DNA from: Blasia pusilla
Taxonomy: Eukaryota
Length of the DNA stretch: 64,000 nucleotides
NCBI GenBank assembly: GCA_050084515.1
Contig: CM114271.1
Coordinates: forward strand, 13,516,001-13,580,000
Reading direction: 5' to 3'
The translations under genes were made by a program, and so were the position numbers. This document shows, piece by piece, positions 11,025-23,800 of the stretch. Within the stretch, counting starts at the first letter, position 1; each line of letters begins with the position of its first letter. The notes beneath the pieces were generated by a model. The model saw nothing but the letters and a program-made list of their open reading frames with translations, had not been told where the DNA came from and ran no database searches.

Positions 11025-12326
11025 TTATGCAACACTCAAATCACAAATCTTGCAAAAATTGCCTCACGCCCAACCAAGCAAGCTTGCTTGCTTGCTCCTT
11101 GCTCCTTGCTCCCTTGCTCCTTACTCCGCCTCTCACGCCCACTCGCCCCGAGCTACCACGAGTTGCCTCGAGTTGCCTCGAAGTCTCAAAACGCCGAGAA
11201 TTGCTCGAGACATGCCGCGTTCGCCACGCTTCACCATGCGTTTCTATGGAGAGAGGCCCAACCAGGGTGCCCCCAACGGGATAGGCGTCTCCAACAATGA
11301 ACGAGTCACCAACCAACCAGCCCCTCCGATCTGCTGTCCACCATAGCCAGACCTTGAGCTAGTCCACAAAATTTTGATCAGCAATTACTTCACAAATACT
11401 TGACCAAAATTGAATTTGTTTCAACCATAATTCAATTGACCACCATAACTATCTCTCCACAAAAAATCAGCTACAACCAAGCTCTGTGCTCCGAACTAAA
11501 AATCAGACAAACTTGTTGTCCATACACCTCCAAAATCGTAAATCCGACAGCGCTTCCGCCCAGATTCATGCACGTAGAAATCCGCAACGCTCCACACACT
11601 CAAGCAGATAGCTTCACATGAGATCACAATACAAGTATAAATAGGAACCTCTCACCCAATCTGGATGAACTTCAACAGAGCTTCCACACTCCAAGCTCTC
11701 CACATTAGAAAACCGTCGAACACGAACCAGAATCTTCAATCCTTGATAACTTCCAACTCCCTTGACGAAATCCGGCGATCTAAAGCGCGTTGGAAAGCTC
11801 TCAGCAAGGCGCTTCTTTCCCAACCAACCATGTACCAGATTCCAAACTAAAAAATAGGCCACAAGCCATGAAAATCCACGGCTAAGTACACAATCAGCCC
11901 TAACCAGATCCTACTGATCCACAATCGAAGCTACCATCGATCTACTCTAGTTTTTTGAGAGAAATCCGTGAAAGACCTATTGTCATAAAACAAGTATAGA
12001 ATCACATACAATGGAGCCAAACCCACTCCACGATGGGAGAATCTACGTCGAAGCTTGCGGGAAACACCATAGCCAAGAGCTCTACTCACTACCAAGGCTA
12101 ACTCCCATCGCAACACGCTCAACTCAAAGAACTGACTGTTCTTTGGGTGCACTCCACACTATATCATCCAACCTAAGAGCGGGCCCTACAAGGAAAGTCA
12201 CCCCCAACTGAGTAACCCCAACCCTATGTATGAAACCGCATCTCGACCTAGCCACTACGGTCCTACATAAGGTATGGCCTCTACTAGCACACTATACTCT
12301 ACGACATAATCCGTATGGTCATGACA
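11025..12326 (-). mobile_element. LTR-like segment of a second family, abutting an LTR fragment of the first family
   Basis: Begins TGTCATGAC on the minus strand at 12326, exactly where homology to LTR 1888-3251 stops. Non-coding. The other end is uncertain. Confidence 0.4.
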
Positions 12327-12327
12327 A

Positions 12328-12543
12328 ATGAGCTCTCAAGCTCTCTCTCTCTTTGAAGTATATCCCTCCCCTCTCCCAAGCTCTCTCCATGGTAACCTAT
12401 GCTCCCAAGTCACTTCCTTGGCTCTTGACCTGATGTAGAAGGTCAAGGGCCACTAACCAAACATATAAAGTCGATCATATACTCAAAATGTTACTTACCT
12501 AAAATAAGAAGTTCCTCAATATGACTCCAAATGAGCCGAAACA
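12328..12543 (-). mobile_element. LTR fragment (same family as 1888-3251)
   Basis: Reverse complement closely matches ~2737-2950 (GTTTCGGCTCATTTGGAGTCATATTGAG...AGCTCATT). Confidence 0.85.
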
Positions 12544-14500
12544 AAGGGGAAACCTGCTCTCATATGTTTCTCAGGGCCTCAACAAGTCATCCTTGACCTA
12601 CTGAGCATGTCTTCCACTACTCATGAAGGCGCTCTACTAGATCTCACCGATCTATCCTAAAAGACTTGACACGGTTGAGGTGAAACCGCTCAAACTTTAT
12701 AAGGTGTTCTTCAACCCTATGGAGAGAGAGAGATAAGTCCCACCCTTACATTGATTACATCGGCACCTCACCCTTTTTATACCCAGCTTACAAGCCAAAA
12801 CCTGCTCCCTTCGCCACAATTTATAATCATATGCTAGTACTCACTGCGGATTATCAAGGGCCAATCTACGTCCGAGAGGAGCTTGGTGGTATCATGGTTG
12901 CTCTAATGAACATACCAACCCAAATAAATGAACAAGGTATTTCGAATGAGATTCCACACAGAGCCACGCATAGAGATGAATATATGTAGATGTAAGTTTT
13001 ACTCTTTCTATCATCATTAAGGAAAGAAAACAAATGGGGAAAAAATATGATGGGTTTTGTGTAGACCCCTGAGGAGATCTATTAGATTGCTAATTTTTAC
13101 CGGATCTTTGGGTTGAGAACAAAGTGTTTCCCTCACACCGTCCTCCGTACGCAACCCTACTGTAATAAAAAATTCCCTACATTCACCTAATTGTTTTTTC
13201 ATATGGGTCTCTCTTTACACAGATGGCCATTTATTCTACTATGATGTAAAATAACTTCATATGTTCTCATGCAGAAGTCTGGTTTCTTTCAAATGTTATA
13301 GAGCCACAAAAAAGGCCGTCCATCATAGAATTCCAGCTCCTATTGTCACTGGCATATTACAAAAAATTAAACCAAAATGTTTAAACGGAATGTTATGAGT
13401 TTTCTTTTCTGTCCCATACACCCAATTGCCTACACAACATGGGCATGCAAACCCTCCAAGAAATGTTCCACTTTTGGAACCTATACAAATCTTCTGGTTG
13501 CATACATACATGTAATAGGATCTTATCCTATATGGCTAACTGGGTATATATTTTCTCGTCCAAGGTCAAGAGTGTACAAGCATCTTAGATGGATGCTTGT
13601 ACCTCTCATCATGTACCATGATGATCCTATATTATGATGACCACATAGCTGATACAAGTATTGGTTCTGTTGTAAGGAGCAAGCAGTGACAAAAATGGTT
13701 GAATATCGAACCGTATAATCAGTTTGTTTTCACACAATTTAAAAGAAAACACGCACTTATGCTCTATTGGAAGAAGTACTTTTAGCAATGTTCATAGCCT
13801 GACATATGACACATCAAAACTCATGCTACGGATCGGACTCGTTGCCATACACCGGCATCACGACATATGTTTAGGCAACATATGCAAACTCTACCTGACA
13901 CTATTCTACGACTTGAACGAATGCATACTAAGTTCCCTAGAGTTACAAATTCCCAAGTATTGCAATATTGAAGAATGACCTTCACTATCAAGCCACCAAT
14001 AGAACGCGCATATTCAACCAGGGCAAATGCCTTCTTGACCATAGGAGAATCCTCCCTAGGGAGCATTCCCCATGCAGCATGACAAATATGAAGGGTGACT
14101 TTTCGAAGTACCCCAAGCATTAGCCATGCTATTAGTGCTCCTCGATCCTCCCTCCACATAATAATGTTTATAAATCCTACATACACAGAGCAATCTTCTA
14201 GACGGAACAACCAATTTATAGTCTGCCTTTGTCGCCTATTTGGGATCCAATAACGCTTAGAGTAAGCATGAAAGTAACAAATATTTGCGCTTGCAGATTC
14301 TTGGAGGGCAAGGGCATGGTCTAAGAGACTAGTAGGCCTACTCATGCCAAAAATCTTGACCTTCACTTCAAAAGGGAGGCTCCTCAATCGAGCCACAAAG
14401 TACCATGATATATTTTGAGCCATATTATATCGTTTGATGGGTGATACCTGATACCATCCACCATCATTATGAACGTTATTTTATTTTAACAATTTATGCA

Positions 14501-14618
<118 letters not shown>

Positions 14619-14699
14619 TGCATGGACAACAAATTGACCATTTACAGGGATAAATATTGATGTGGAGAGGTTCGCAGCAGGCTCAATCTCTTAGGCATT

Positions 14700-15872
14700 G
14701 TACAAGTTTCGAACCCTAATTTCACATGCCTAGGAGAAGTTTATAGCTTTATTAGTCCTTAGAACTCCACTTGTGGCCTTTTATGATGTCGAGTTATCGT
14801 TCTTGCCAACATCTCAATTGAGTTGTATCTTCCCACCATTGGATGATCCTCATACTTTTATGGGTGATGGAAAACATGCTTTTGAAGAGTATGGACGGTT
14901 CAGATCCGCCAATGGGCCACATAGCAACAGATAAAAATTCAGATTCCTCTTTCATCATGTATTTTTAAATCCATCATAGAACCTCAAAATCCTCCCGAAA
15001 AAATGACGCATTCACCTTGAAAAAATCCACCAAGCCTCCAACCCTAGTTTTACATTCCCTCGAAATGTTTCAGGATTTTTTAGTCACCAAGACTTCACTT
15101 GTGGCCTCTTATGATGCCGAGTTACCATTCTTGGCGACATCTCCATTGGATTGTATCTTCCCACCATTGGATGCTCCGATCTTGCTTTTCCATTTCCAAT
15201 TTGAATTTAAAATTACCGATCACAAGAATCATCTTCCAGTTTTTACTCTGTCCTTGGAGGTGCATTCACCTTGAGAAATTTCATCAATCCTAAAACCCTA
15301 ATTTCGCATGCCATGGGAAAAAAAGGATCTAGGGTCTTGGCACTGAGTCCCATCTTTGTGAAAAATTACATGACTTATGGATGTTTGGATATTAGGTTTA
15401 ATACCTATTTATGACTAGATTAAACACTACTTATATTGTTAATATTATGTGTTGAAATTATTCCATATTCTGGATGCCCTATTAAGTGATAGAAAATTTA
15501 CAACATTGTGTGGATTCCTTTATTAATTATCCAAGGAATTTTTTTATTTAATTATTCATATTTTAATGACATCTTTTTATTGTACCTCCTAAGGCTGGTT
15601 TTGTGGGCATATCGATATTTTTTATTTAATATTCTCCAAATTATGTTTCCTAGCATACATGTGTGAGAAAATGACTCAGATCACTGAATGAGTCACGAGA
15701 TATCACTAGAACATGACTAAGTCATTTATAATACTATTTGAGTCATTATATTATGAATGATTTGGTTTTCCAAGTCATAAAAAATGACTGAACCAATAGA
15801 GTTACACTTTGAGTCATTTTGTGCATAAGTCATTCTAAGTCAAGTCATAAAAATCATAGTTTTCTTCTAGTG
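14700..15872. mobile_element. Terminal region of a CACTA (En/Spm)-like element
   Basis: Ends TTTTCTTCTAGTG at 15872 (CACTAGAAGAAAA on -). Dense ATGACT/AGTCAT subterminal repeats at 15670-15850. Internal ~140 bp direct repeat ~14710-14850 vs ~15040-15180. Partner end not found. Confidence 0.65.
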
Positions 15873-15876
15873 TGAT

Positions 15877-16740
15877 GTGGTTAACTTTGTGCTTGAGTTT
15901 ACCCATGTAGCTAAGGCTAATTAGGAAGGTTCTGAAGAAGAGTTATTACAGGTCTTTCCTGGCCTCTTGAAGAAACAAGCCAGGCAATGGTATGACGGGC
16001 TTGAAGCTGAGGCTAGAGAAACTTGGAAGAGGATCTTGCAAGCCTTCTTGAATGAATTCTGGGACTTGGAATTTGAGGACCGTCTTCTAACGAAGCTTCG
16101 TGACTTAAGAAGAAGGAAGAAGGAGACCCTGAGGGAGTACACTCAGAGATTCCGAAGCTTGGTGAACAAATTAGAGCACACCACTACCCCTCAATTGGTA
16201 GATTGGTTTGTGTCGGGACTTTCAAAAGAAATGGACCGGTACTGTCGCCGGGGCCAACAAGACTCGATGGAAGCAGTCATTGCATCCGCGGAAGCATACG
16301 AAGCATCTGAGAAGTCCCGTAAAATACGAAGACGGTGCCATTAACGACGAGGCTCTTCGCCGACCAGCTCTTCGTCCGAGGATGAAATTCCTCAATAGAC
16401 AACGAAGCTTCAACGGACAGTTCACTTGAGTCCTCGGATTCCGGGGAAGACTCCAAAGCTAAGGGAAAGCGAAAAGTGAAGAACCATAAGAGTTCCTCAA
16501 GGCATGGGCGAAAAGCCAAGTCAGCAAAGCAGGTTAGTAGGAAATCTACAAGCCCCGCACGCAAGCCAACAAGGGAAGCGGGGAAGTCTGCCATTGAGGA
16601 GTTAACCAAGCAAATGGTTGAACTGAAAGTGCACTGGCGGCCCAGTAGGACCCCAAAAGGAGACCATGTCTAATTAAGGCCAACCGTGTCGTGCAATGCC
16701 TACGGGAACCAAGGGCATACTGCACAAGAGTGTCACCTTC
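15877..16740 (+). mobile_element. Retrotransposon gag fragment (different family)
   Basis: ARQWYDGL..TWKRILQAFLNEF..ETLREYTQRF..WFVSGL resembles a retrotransposon gag domain. Degenerate knuckle CNAYGNQGHTAQEC at ~16690-16733. Confidence 0.8.
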
Positions 16741-17132
16741 AACGAGATCTTCGCATGACACCTTTGAACACAATTACAAGTATAATATTTTAATCTCTTC
16801 TTGAAATATCATCATAAAATAATTCCATATCTTCCCAATTACCCCAACTAGCGTAGGCTTGACTTATTCACCAACCATGACTAATTTAACTTTGTTTTCT
16901 TATCAAGATACTAATCAACTATTCTACTTTTATGTTTCCCATTATCTATAATATATATACTAATAATAATAATAAATATATCTTAAAAAGATAAATAGTT
17001 ACATTTATAATATCATAACATAATATAGAGTATTCTCAATGCTTCAATAGATAGGATATCTATTATCGATCTCTGAAGTCATATATGGAAAAGGCCTTGG
17101 ATACCTTTTTGTATAGTTTTTTTTTTTGTATT

Positions 17133-17545
17133 TGTCGTGCCCATAGACATCACCACATAATCCACATCGCTGGTCACATTTAAACACCACACAACATTGG
17201 TCTTCCCAATACACTAGTACATTCACACATAAACAAAATATACTCACGCATGTACATCGAGACCACACAACAAAATTAGAGTAAAAATGGCTCACGCGAC
17301 CAACTCCACTCTTGAATCTACATCATCAACATATCGAGCCATATCCACCCTCTGTTGTGAGGAATCCGAACGTTAGCATCCTAGTTCCTAATACACATAA
17401 AGTAAGAGAGGTGCTCCCAATGTCCAACATGAGAAAGATGGCTTGAGAAAGGAACTTAACCCTCTCTTATAACCTCGACTCTTCCCCCAAAAATAATCTC
17501 CAAACGATAACATGAGTGCATAGGTTACTAGGTGACCGTTGACTT
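17133..17545 (-). mobile_element. Degenerate LTR remnant (short variant of the 1888-3251 family)
   Basis: Reverse complement matches ~2170-2350 and ends with the LTR terminus variant TATGGGCACGACA. Similar to 49139-49550. Confidence 0.7.
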
Positions 17546-19059
17546 CTGAAGGACTGTTCTTTTCATATCTCAAATCTATTATCATTCCTTGTCACTACTT
17601 GTGAAGTGAATTTGTACAAAGAACATGTTCTTTAGAGTTATCTCTATTGCACTTGGCTCTAGAGGTTTATTGTTGCTCTCAAATTTCTTGGCCTCATGAA
17701 AACCACACTTGGATTGTGATATTCCTCATGGAAACTTGATCTCAAATATTTGCATGTTATTTGAGTTTCTCTTGTGAATGTAGGTGCACAACATAGTGCG
17801 GGGAATGTGTGACACCAAATATTTATTTGGGTTGTAATGTATGTAACAACAAAGCGAGGTGTTGATGGATTGGGGAAAAATTTCCTCCAAAAAACCTCCC
17901 ATATTGATTTTTATGAGAGAAATAACAAGAATAGCATCTTTGTTTGGAATCCACTTGCTTATCAGAATTAGAGTTGGAAACTTAAATGCCCTTAGATTGC
18001 AACCACACATTTGACATTTCTTGGACAAAAGTTGTACTTCTAGGTTTCCGAAGAAGATGTGTACATTGGTGGATTCCTTTATGGATATGGAGATTCCTCA
18101 AGCTCCTTTAAAGCAATTGCACAATGACACACGATGTGAGAATCAATATCAAATAAAATTAAGTGCACATTTCCATGCATGAATGGTTACATGTGAGAAA
18201 ATGACAAATCCGCTCTACTAGACTCTAATGTCGCAACTCATGGATCTCATTGGGTTCGAAGAAGATATTTATATAGCTTGGGGATATCTCCCTCCCACAT
18301 TCAACATAGTTTAAATGAGGAATCTCAATGGGAAGGCAATCCGATTCACATGCAGTGGAGTAGTTGGTGGCAATGGAGTATTGGGACTCCCATACACCAT
18401 CGAAATAGCATGGTGGGCTCATGTTAAGCCAAATCAATGGCAAGCATCTTAAGCTTGAACAACATTGATGGTCGAACAACTTGTGGGATCTCATGGACTT
18501 GGCCTAACAACAACATGTTAGCAACATAATTCATTCATATAGTTCATGAAGTTATGAATCTACTTTGGCTTGGACACGGGGTTGGGATCCCAAGTCTATC
18601 CCCATTCAAAGAGTGCCATTTTATGACAAGGGTTTAAACCATCCCCAAATATGAATGCAAGATTTGCATGTGTTAGTAAGGGAAGTGAATAGGTTCCATT
18701 CTGATTATTTTTCCAAGAAATGGAAAGCCCAACCATAGTTCTTAAAAACTTTACAAGAGAAAGGCCTTACTGTAACATCATGGAGGCATTTCCATGACGT
18801 GGCCCAATTCATCCCTACCACGTGGAGGACACAAGGCCATGACCTGACATTATAGGATGTTCCTCAAAAGTGAGAAAAAGAGAAAGGAAGATGCCCTTCG
18901 ATAAAAATGAGTGATGGAAAACCCATCGGAAGTACAAAAGAGGGGGACTCAAAGAGTCAAAACCTGAAGGCCACAACAAGACCAGAAAAGGAAGAAGGGG
19001 CATTCCCCCTAACGACAAAACTCACCAACAAAGCAGAGACAATATCAACAACAACAAGA

Positions 19060-20800
19060 GAGCTATGACTACTACTAAGTGGGCCTCTAGCGCGGCGTCT
19101 CCCACGACTGAGCCCGCCGCAAAATCCCATTAGCCTGGGCACGCATTTGCAGCAACGCTATGGAGACCAGCGCCTACAATACACAATCGCAATAGCTAAG
19201 GACAACCCATTTCTCGAGTGGAGATGATGGGCGCGAGTCCGTAATGAACGAAGTCGAACCTCTCCCCCATAGCCCCATACATCTCTATGGCCGAGGGGGA
19301 TGAAGATGTGTCCTCGTGTAGTCGATTTGTAGATATGTGTCTTCTTCACGCCGCCCTTGTGCCGCCGCCGCTCCTTGTAGCATTCGCCCTTGGGCCACCA
19401 CTTGGGCTCGTGACCGCCTCCCGCGTAGGATCTGTGACTACCACGTCGCCACAACCACCTCGGCCTCACGTGTCATGTAGAGATCGGCACGAATGAGGGA
19501 ATCCCGCATGGAGTAGTGCCTCTCTCTCTGCACATGGAAGCCACTCTCCCGAGCAATCTGAACATGATATCCCTCACTGCATCGTGAGTGGCTATCCTCT
19601 CACCCCCAACTAGACAGCGTGCCAAATGCACACCAAGTAGATCCAGGCTCCGGCGACACTCGCAGTGTGTCAAACCAACCACCGATGGTTGGGGGAGGCC
19701 CAAGCGGAACCGCATCATTTGTGGTATAGGTAAGTGGTGCGACACGGAAAGCCTAGAGAGAAGGGGCGCGCCCCTACCCATGAGCATGCCCCTTTCGGAG
19801 CAAGAGCGAATCACGGGCCCTAACCTCCATGGGGATATTCCCGTCGGACATAGTGCCTCTAAAAAACTGCCTCAAAGTGGGCTTCCATCAAGGAAGATTG
19901 GAGCCAGGATCGACCGGAGGTAACTAAGGAGGAGAAAGTGGGGAGAACGGCTTTGGCCTCAACTCGAAGGGAATCTCTACAAGCTGTGAGTGAAGACTGA
20001 AGTGGGAAAGAGCCATCCTCGACCTGGGAGACGTAGTGTAGAAGGAGCGGTCTATCTCTAACCAAAAATCGGGAGCAAAGGAGGGGTGCCACTGTCGCCC
20101 AACTCCCTAAAAAAGCGGAGGGCGCCACTAACTCGGTCGAGAGAAGATCTACTCCACCAAAAGAAATCGGCCAAGAGGCCTGTCTACGAGCTAACTCCCC
20201 CATGGGGCACTCTAAGGAGCCGGGTCCTAGAAGATCCCCAACCACCTGCATGAGCTTCCTATCAAAGGATCTATATAGGGAAGAAAGGTGACTAGATGTC
20301 CAGACAGTTCTAGTGAGGTAACCAGGTCTACGAGCAAAACAAGAAGAGAGAATGCCGAAGGCGACTTGAGGGTCACCAATCCTCATAAGATCATCAACGT
20401 GGAGAAGATCCTCGGTAAGAGCCGGCGCCCTTAAACTCGATACAAAGTCTTGGCTCAGCGGGACTCCCAAGACTCGAAGCCCTCCGACAGGTCGCAAGAA
20501 GCTGTCGGGTAAATGTAGATCATCACGTAGGCCTGATGGAGACCAAGCCTTGCACTTCCCCACCTTCACCGCCAGGCCGACACGTGCCAAGCTGTCTTTG
20601 AAAAGTGCTCGAATGCGGGGACAACCAGATCTCCAGGACCAACAATATGAGTATCATCTGCCAGCGAAGGGAACATGCAACCCGGAAAAGCCTCCACCGT
20701 AGAAAGAACCGCTCGGTAATGAGCCACAGCAAACAACGCGCCACCCAGAGGGTCATCCTGACGAGTCCCGGTAGCAGACTCCAAGACCGTGAAAAAGAAG
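19060..20800 (-). mobile_element. 5'-truncated non-LTR retrotransposon with RT, CCHC and restriction-like endonuclease region (CRE-like)
   Basis: GTRQDDPLGGALF...SLADDTHIVG (RT core), GLRVLGVPL, ASWPISFGGVDL, RFRLGL..CECRRSLDLLGVHLARC..GERIATHDAVRD (CCHC plus RHD-type motif). Frameshifted. Confidence 0.8.
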
Positions 20801-23800
20801 AATATTTGCAAAAGATAGGCATCCGCGGACTGATTGTGCCTCGCTTAGTTATGAAAAGAAGTGAAAAAACAAGATTCATCGTGAACATTGTTGTGCGCTG
20901 GAAATATATTCCCTTGGCTTAATAATGACCTGAGGGTCTTGTGGTTAACTAAGGGTTACCAGTACGTATGGTAGGAGAGCGTTGTAGTCTCCCGAGGACG
21001 GTTTAAAACATGTTTTAGGACATGTTTAATTTTAAAATGAGAACACTTCCGAGCTTGACCTTAAAATATAATGCTCTCCGCTCTAAATTTCTGTATAGTT
21101 CTCACTAATATCTTGTGAAGAGTTTAATCTCTTTGTGAAAATTTGCCGAATAACATCTACTTGCAATTCTTCATTAAAATCTCACCATCGCATTTTGTAA
21201 CTGTATCCCGGATGGTCTCGAGTAATTTTTGAAAAAAAAGAGTGAACGTCTGTAATACAAGAAAGAAAAAAAAGGGTCAACAAGGAATTATCAATTAATT
21301 CATGGTCGGTATGTCTTGGAGTAGGTTTGGTTTCCTCCGTCACGTAGTTTTATATTAGACGAATGACTGTTTTATGATTTTTTTTATCCATTTGAGACGT
21401 TGATGAGTAAACAATACGAAGCATACATCCGTGTATATATTTTATTGTTTTGCTTTAATCCGAAAGATTTCCTATCATCCGCTTCTCTAAGAACCCCACA
21501 AGTGACTAGTAACTGGCATTTTGTTGCCTTTCAACCCAAGAATGGAAAGAGAGAAACCGACTAAAACGCCGAGAGGACCTAAAAACTCGGTAAAAGCTAA
21601 TTTGTTGACATATTATATCATGTACTAGTAATAAGTAACCAGTGAGAATGCCCGTGCGATGCACTGGCATCAAATTTTACACTAAAATAAAATTTTAATT
21701 TATTTTTAAGTAATAGCATACGTCCAATTTCACACCCAACCTGCGTGCACTCAGATTCGAGCATACAACTTCCCAATCCTCTGGCCTTCAACCCACGAAC
21801 GTTCCACACTGTCCACCATGGCTAGAGACGATATAGTCTCTACTTATAAGATCCTATGTGATCCTCAGAAAAAAAGTTTGTAAATTAATGGCGTGCATGG
21901 GACTTTCTTGTGTTCAATCCAAAGGACTTCCACGAATACACTCTCCAACCAATGAAGAATATGACCCTCTCCAACCAATTTTCCCACCTTCGCCTGTCGC
22001 TCATAGAGTTGGAACCATGCTATCAAACCTGCTACCGCGCAACCAAAACACACAGGGCCGTCGCTCGGAAGACCCAATCAGTTGTGAGTAGACTTTCAGG
22101 TGCAGGAGTAATGAAATACATGTGTGCAAGAGGAGGTGAACGTAAGGTCCAAAATTGTAGTCTCACAATTTAGAGAGGGATAGTTGCTAGAGAGCAAGTT
22201 AACTAAATCAGTAGTTGGTAATGACAATGGTAAAGCATGCACCGGACCGGAGAAGAGATAATTTTTGGCTCATAATTACGACAAGATCTGACTTGGCACC
22301 CACCAAGAAAATTTTGTTAGAAGCTAGGATAGGAAAAATGACAACCCGATTGCATAGAAGCATTTTGTGCAATTGCGAATCCCATACTGGCTGACTGCAA
22401 AGTACATTTTACAAGAAACCACAATAAGGATCACCGTGGTGTCACACACATGGAACTTTACGTGCTTGAGTTGGCTCAATTGCTTCTTGAGCGCAGACGT
22501 ATTTCCTTGGCTGGCATTACAGTGGATATTGCTGGTGGGCACGAACTTGAATGTGGACTTGAAGTTGAAGAGAGCATCCATGATCATCTTGACAAAGAAG
22601 GGGGTCATCCACCAAAAGGTGGATTCATCCTGGTTCCGGCTCTGTACGCCTTGGGGCACCGTTAGCCACATGGACATCCATGCGAGGCGCTAGAGGATGA
22701 GGTTGTAAGTGAGGCCGGCGAAGAGTTGGTGACTTCCGAGGTCAGATTCGATTCGGAATCGACTTTGAAGATTAGAGAACTGCACATGGTTGAGACAAGT
22801 ATGATGTTCACAATGGAGAGGAAGTAATATCGTGAGTGCGTAGAGGACTTTGAGGTCAAAGTTGAGTTTTCTTTTCCTATCGACCATGACTTTCGATGTG
22901 GCTTGGGATTTCTGCATTAATTGCTCCTTGGCCCCATCTTGTGCGCTGCTTGATGTATCCTTCAAATGTCCACGGCGTAAGTCCGATTTGCAACTTCTCG
23001 CTTAGGTAGACTGATCCAAGCCTTCTTGACCAGAGCATAAGCGGTGGTGGTGTCTTCGATGATCGATTGAGGTTGGAATCCGCCTATTGGGTTAAGATGC
23101 TCCCGTAGAGCATGTAAGAAATGCACAGAGCTGAAAATTCATAGCTATAGACATCGTTCTCCGATCGTTCCATCAATATGAGCCCCAATATCATCGAGCG
23201 TTCGAAACTGTGGCGTGAGGAGGGTTGTTTGCACAATGCTTCATATTCTTGTTCACGCTAATTATGAGTTGATTGCGTGAATTAAACCAATTCATCTCTT
23301 GGTTAGCCTTCCACTGACCAGATTGCATGTTACAAGTTGAACCCAAGAGCAACCTCGAAATCTTGCTCATTTTTCTAAGATCGGCTATGACGAGCAACTC
23401 AATGATCCAAAGAACCTTATGCGTTCACAATTTTCTCCTCGAGATCAATTCATCTCACGAGAGAGAGAGGACTACATGTTCAAAAGTTGGGATTGCAAGT
23501 ATTCGGAAGCTTTTCTTTGTGTAAAACGTAGTTTTAAGCGTGGTTCGCGAGTGAGAAGACCATGGATGGAGGAGTTTGTTCGGAGGGATGAAGAGGAGTG
23601 TGTTCGGATGCGATTTCGTTGTCTCACGTGTTTGTTAACAGACGGATCGATCCTAAAGCATGGCGCCAAACAATTAGAGGGAAGCCGATGAGAGCTAAAG
23701 GCGGCCTCGAGCTGGTTGGGTGGATCATGGAAAACTCTCCTCCTAGCTTTGATGTCTTTGGTGTTCGCCACAACGCTCATGGTCATCAAGATTTCAAGCC

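Noticed and set aside
13017-14423. 200-aa ORF and neighbours as a host gene or CACTA accessory gene
   Set aside because: No recognisable domain or consistent exon structure. It may be internal to the CACTA element, but I cannot support a call.
17600-19050. Possible decayed retroelement coding sequence
   Set aside because: TE-like in composition, but no diagnostic motif could be read.
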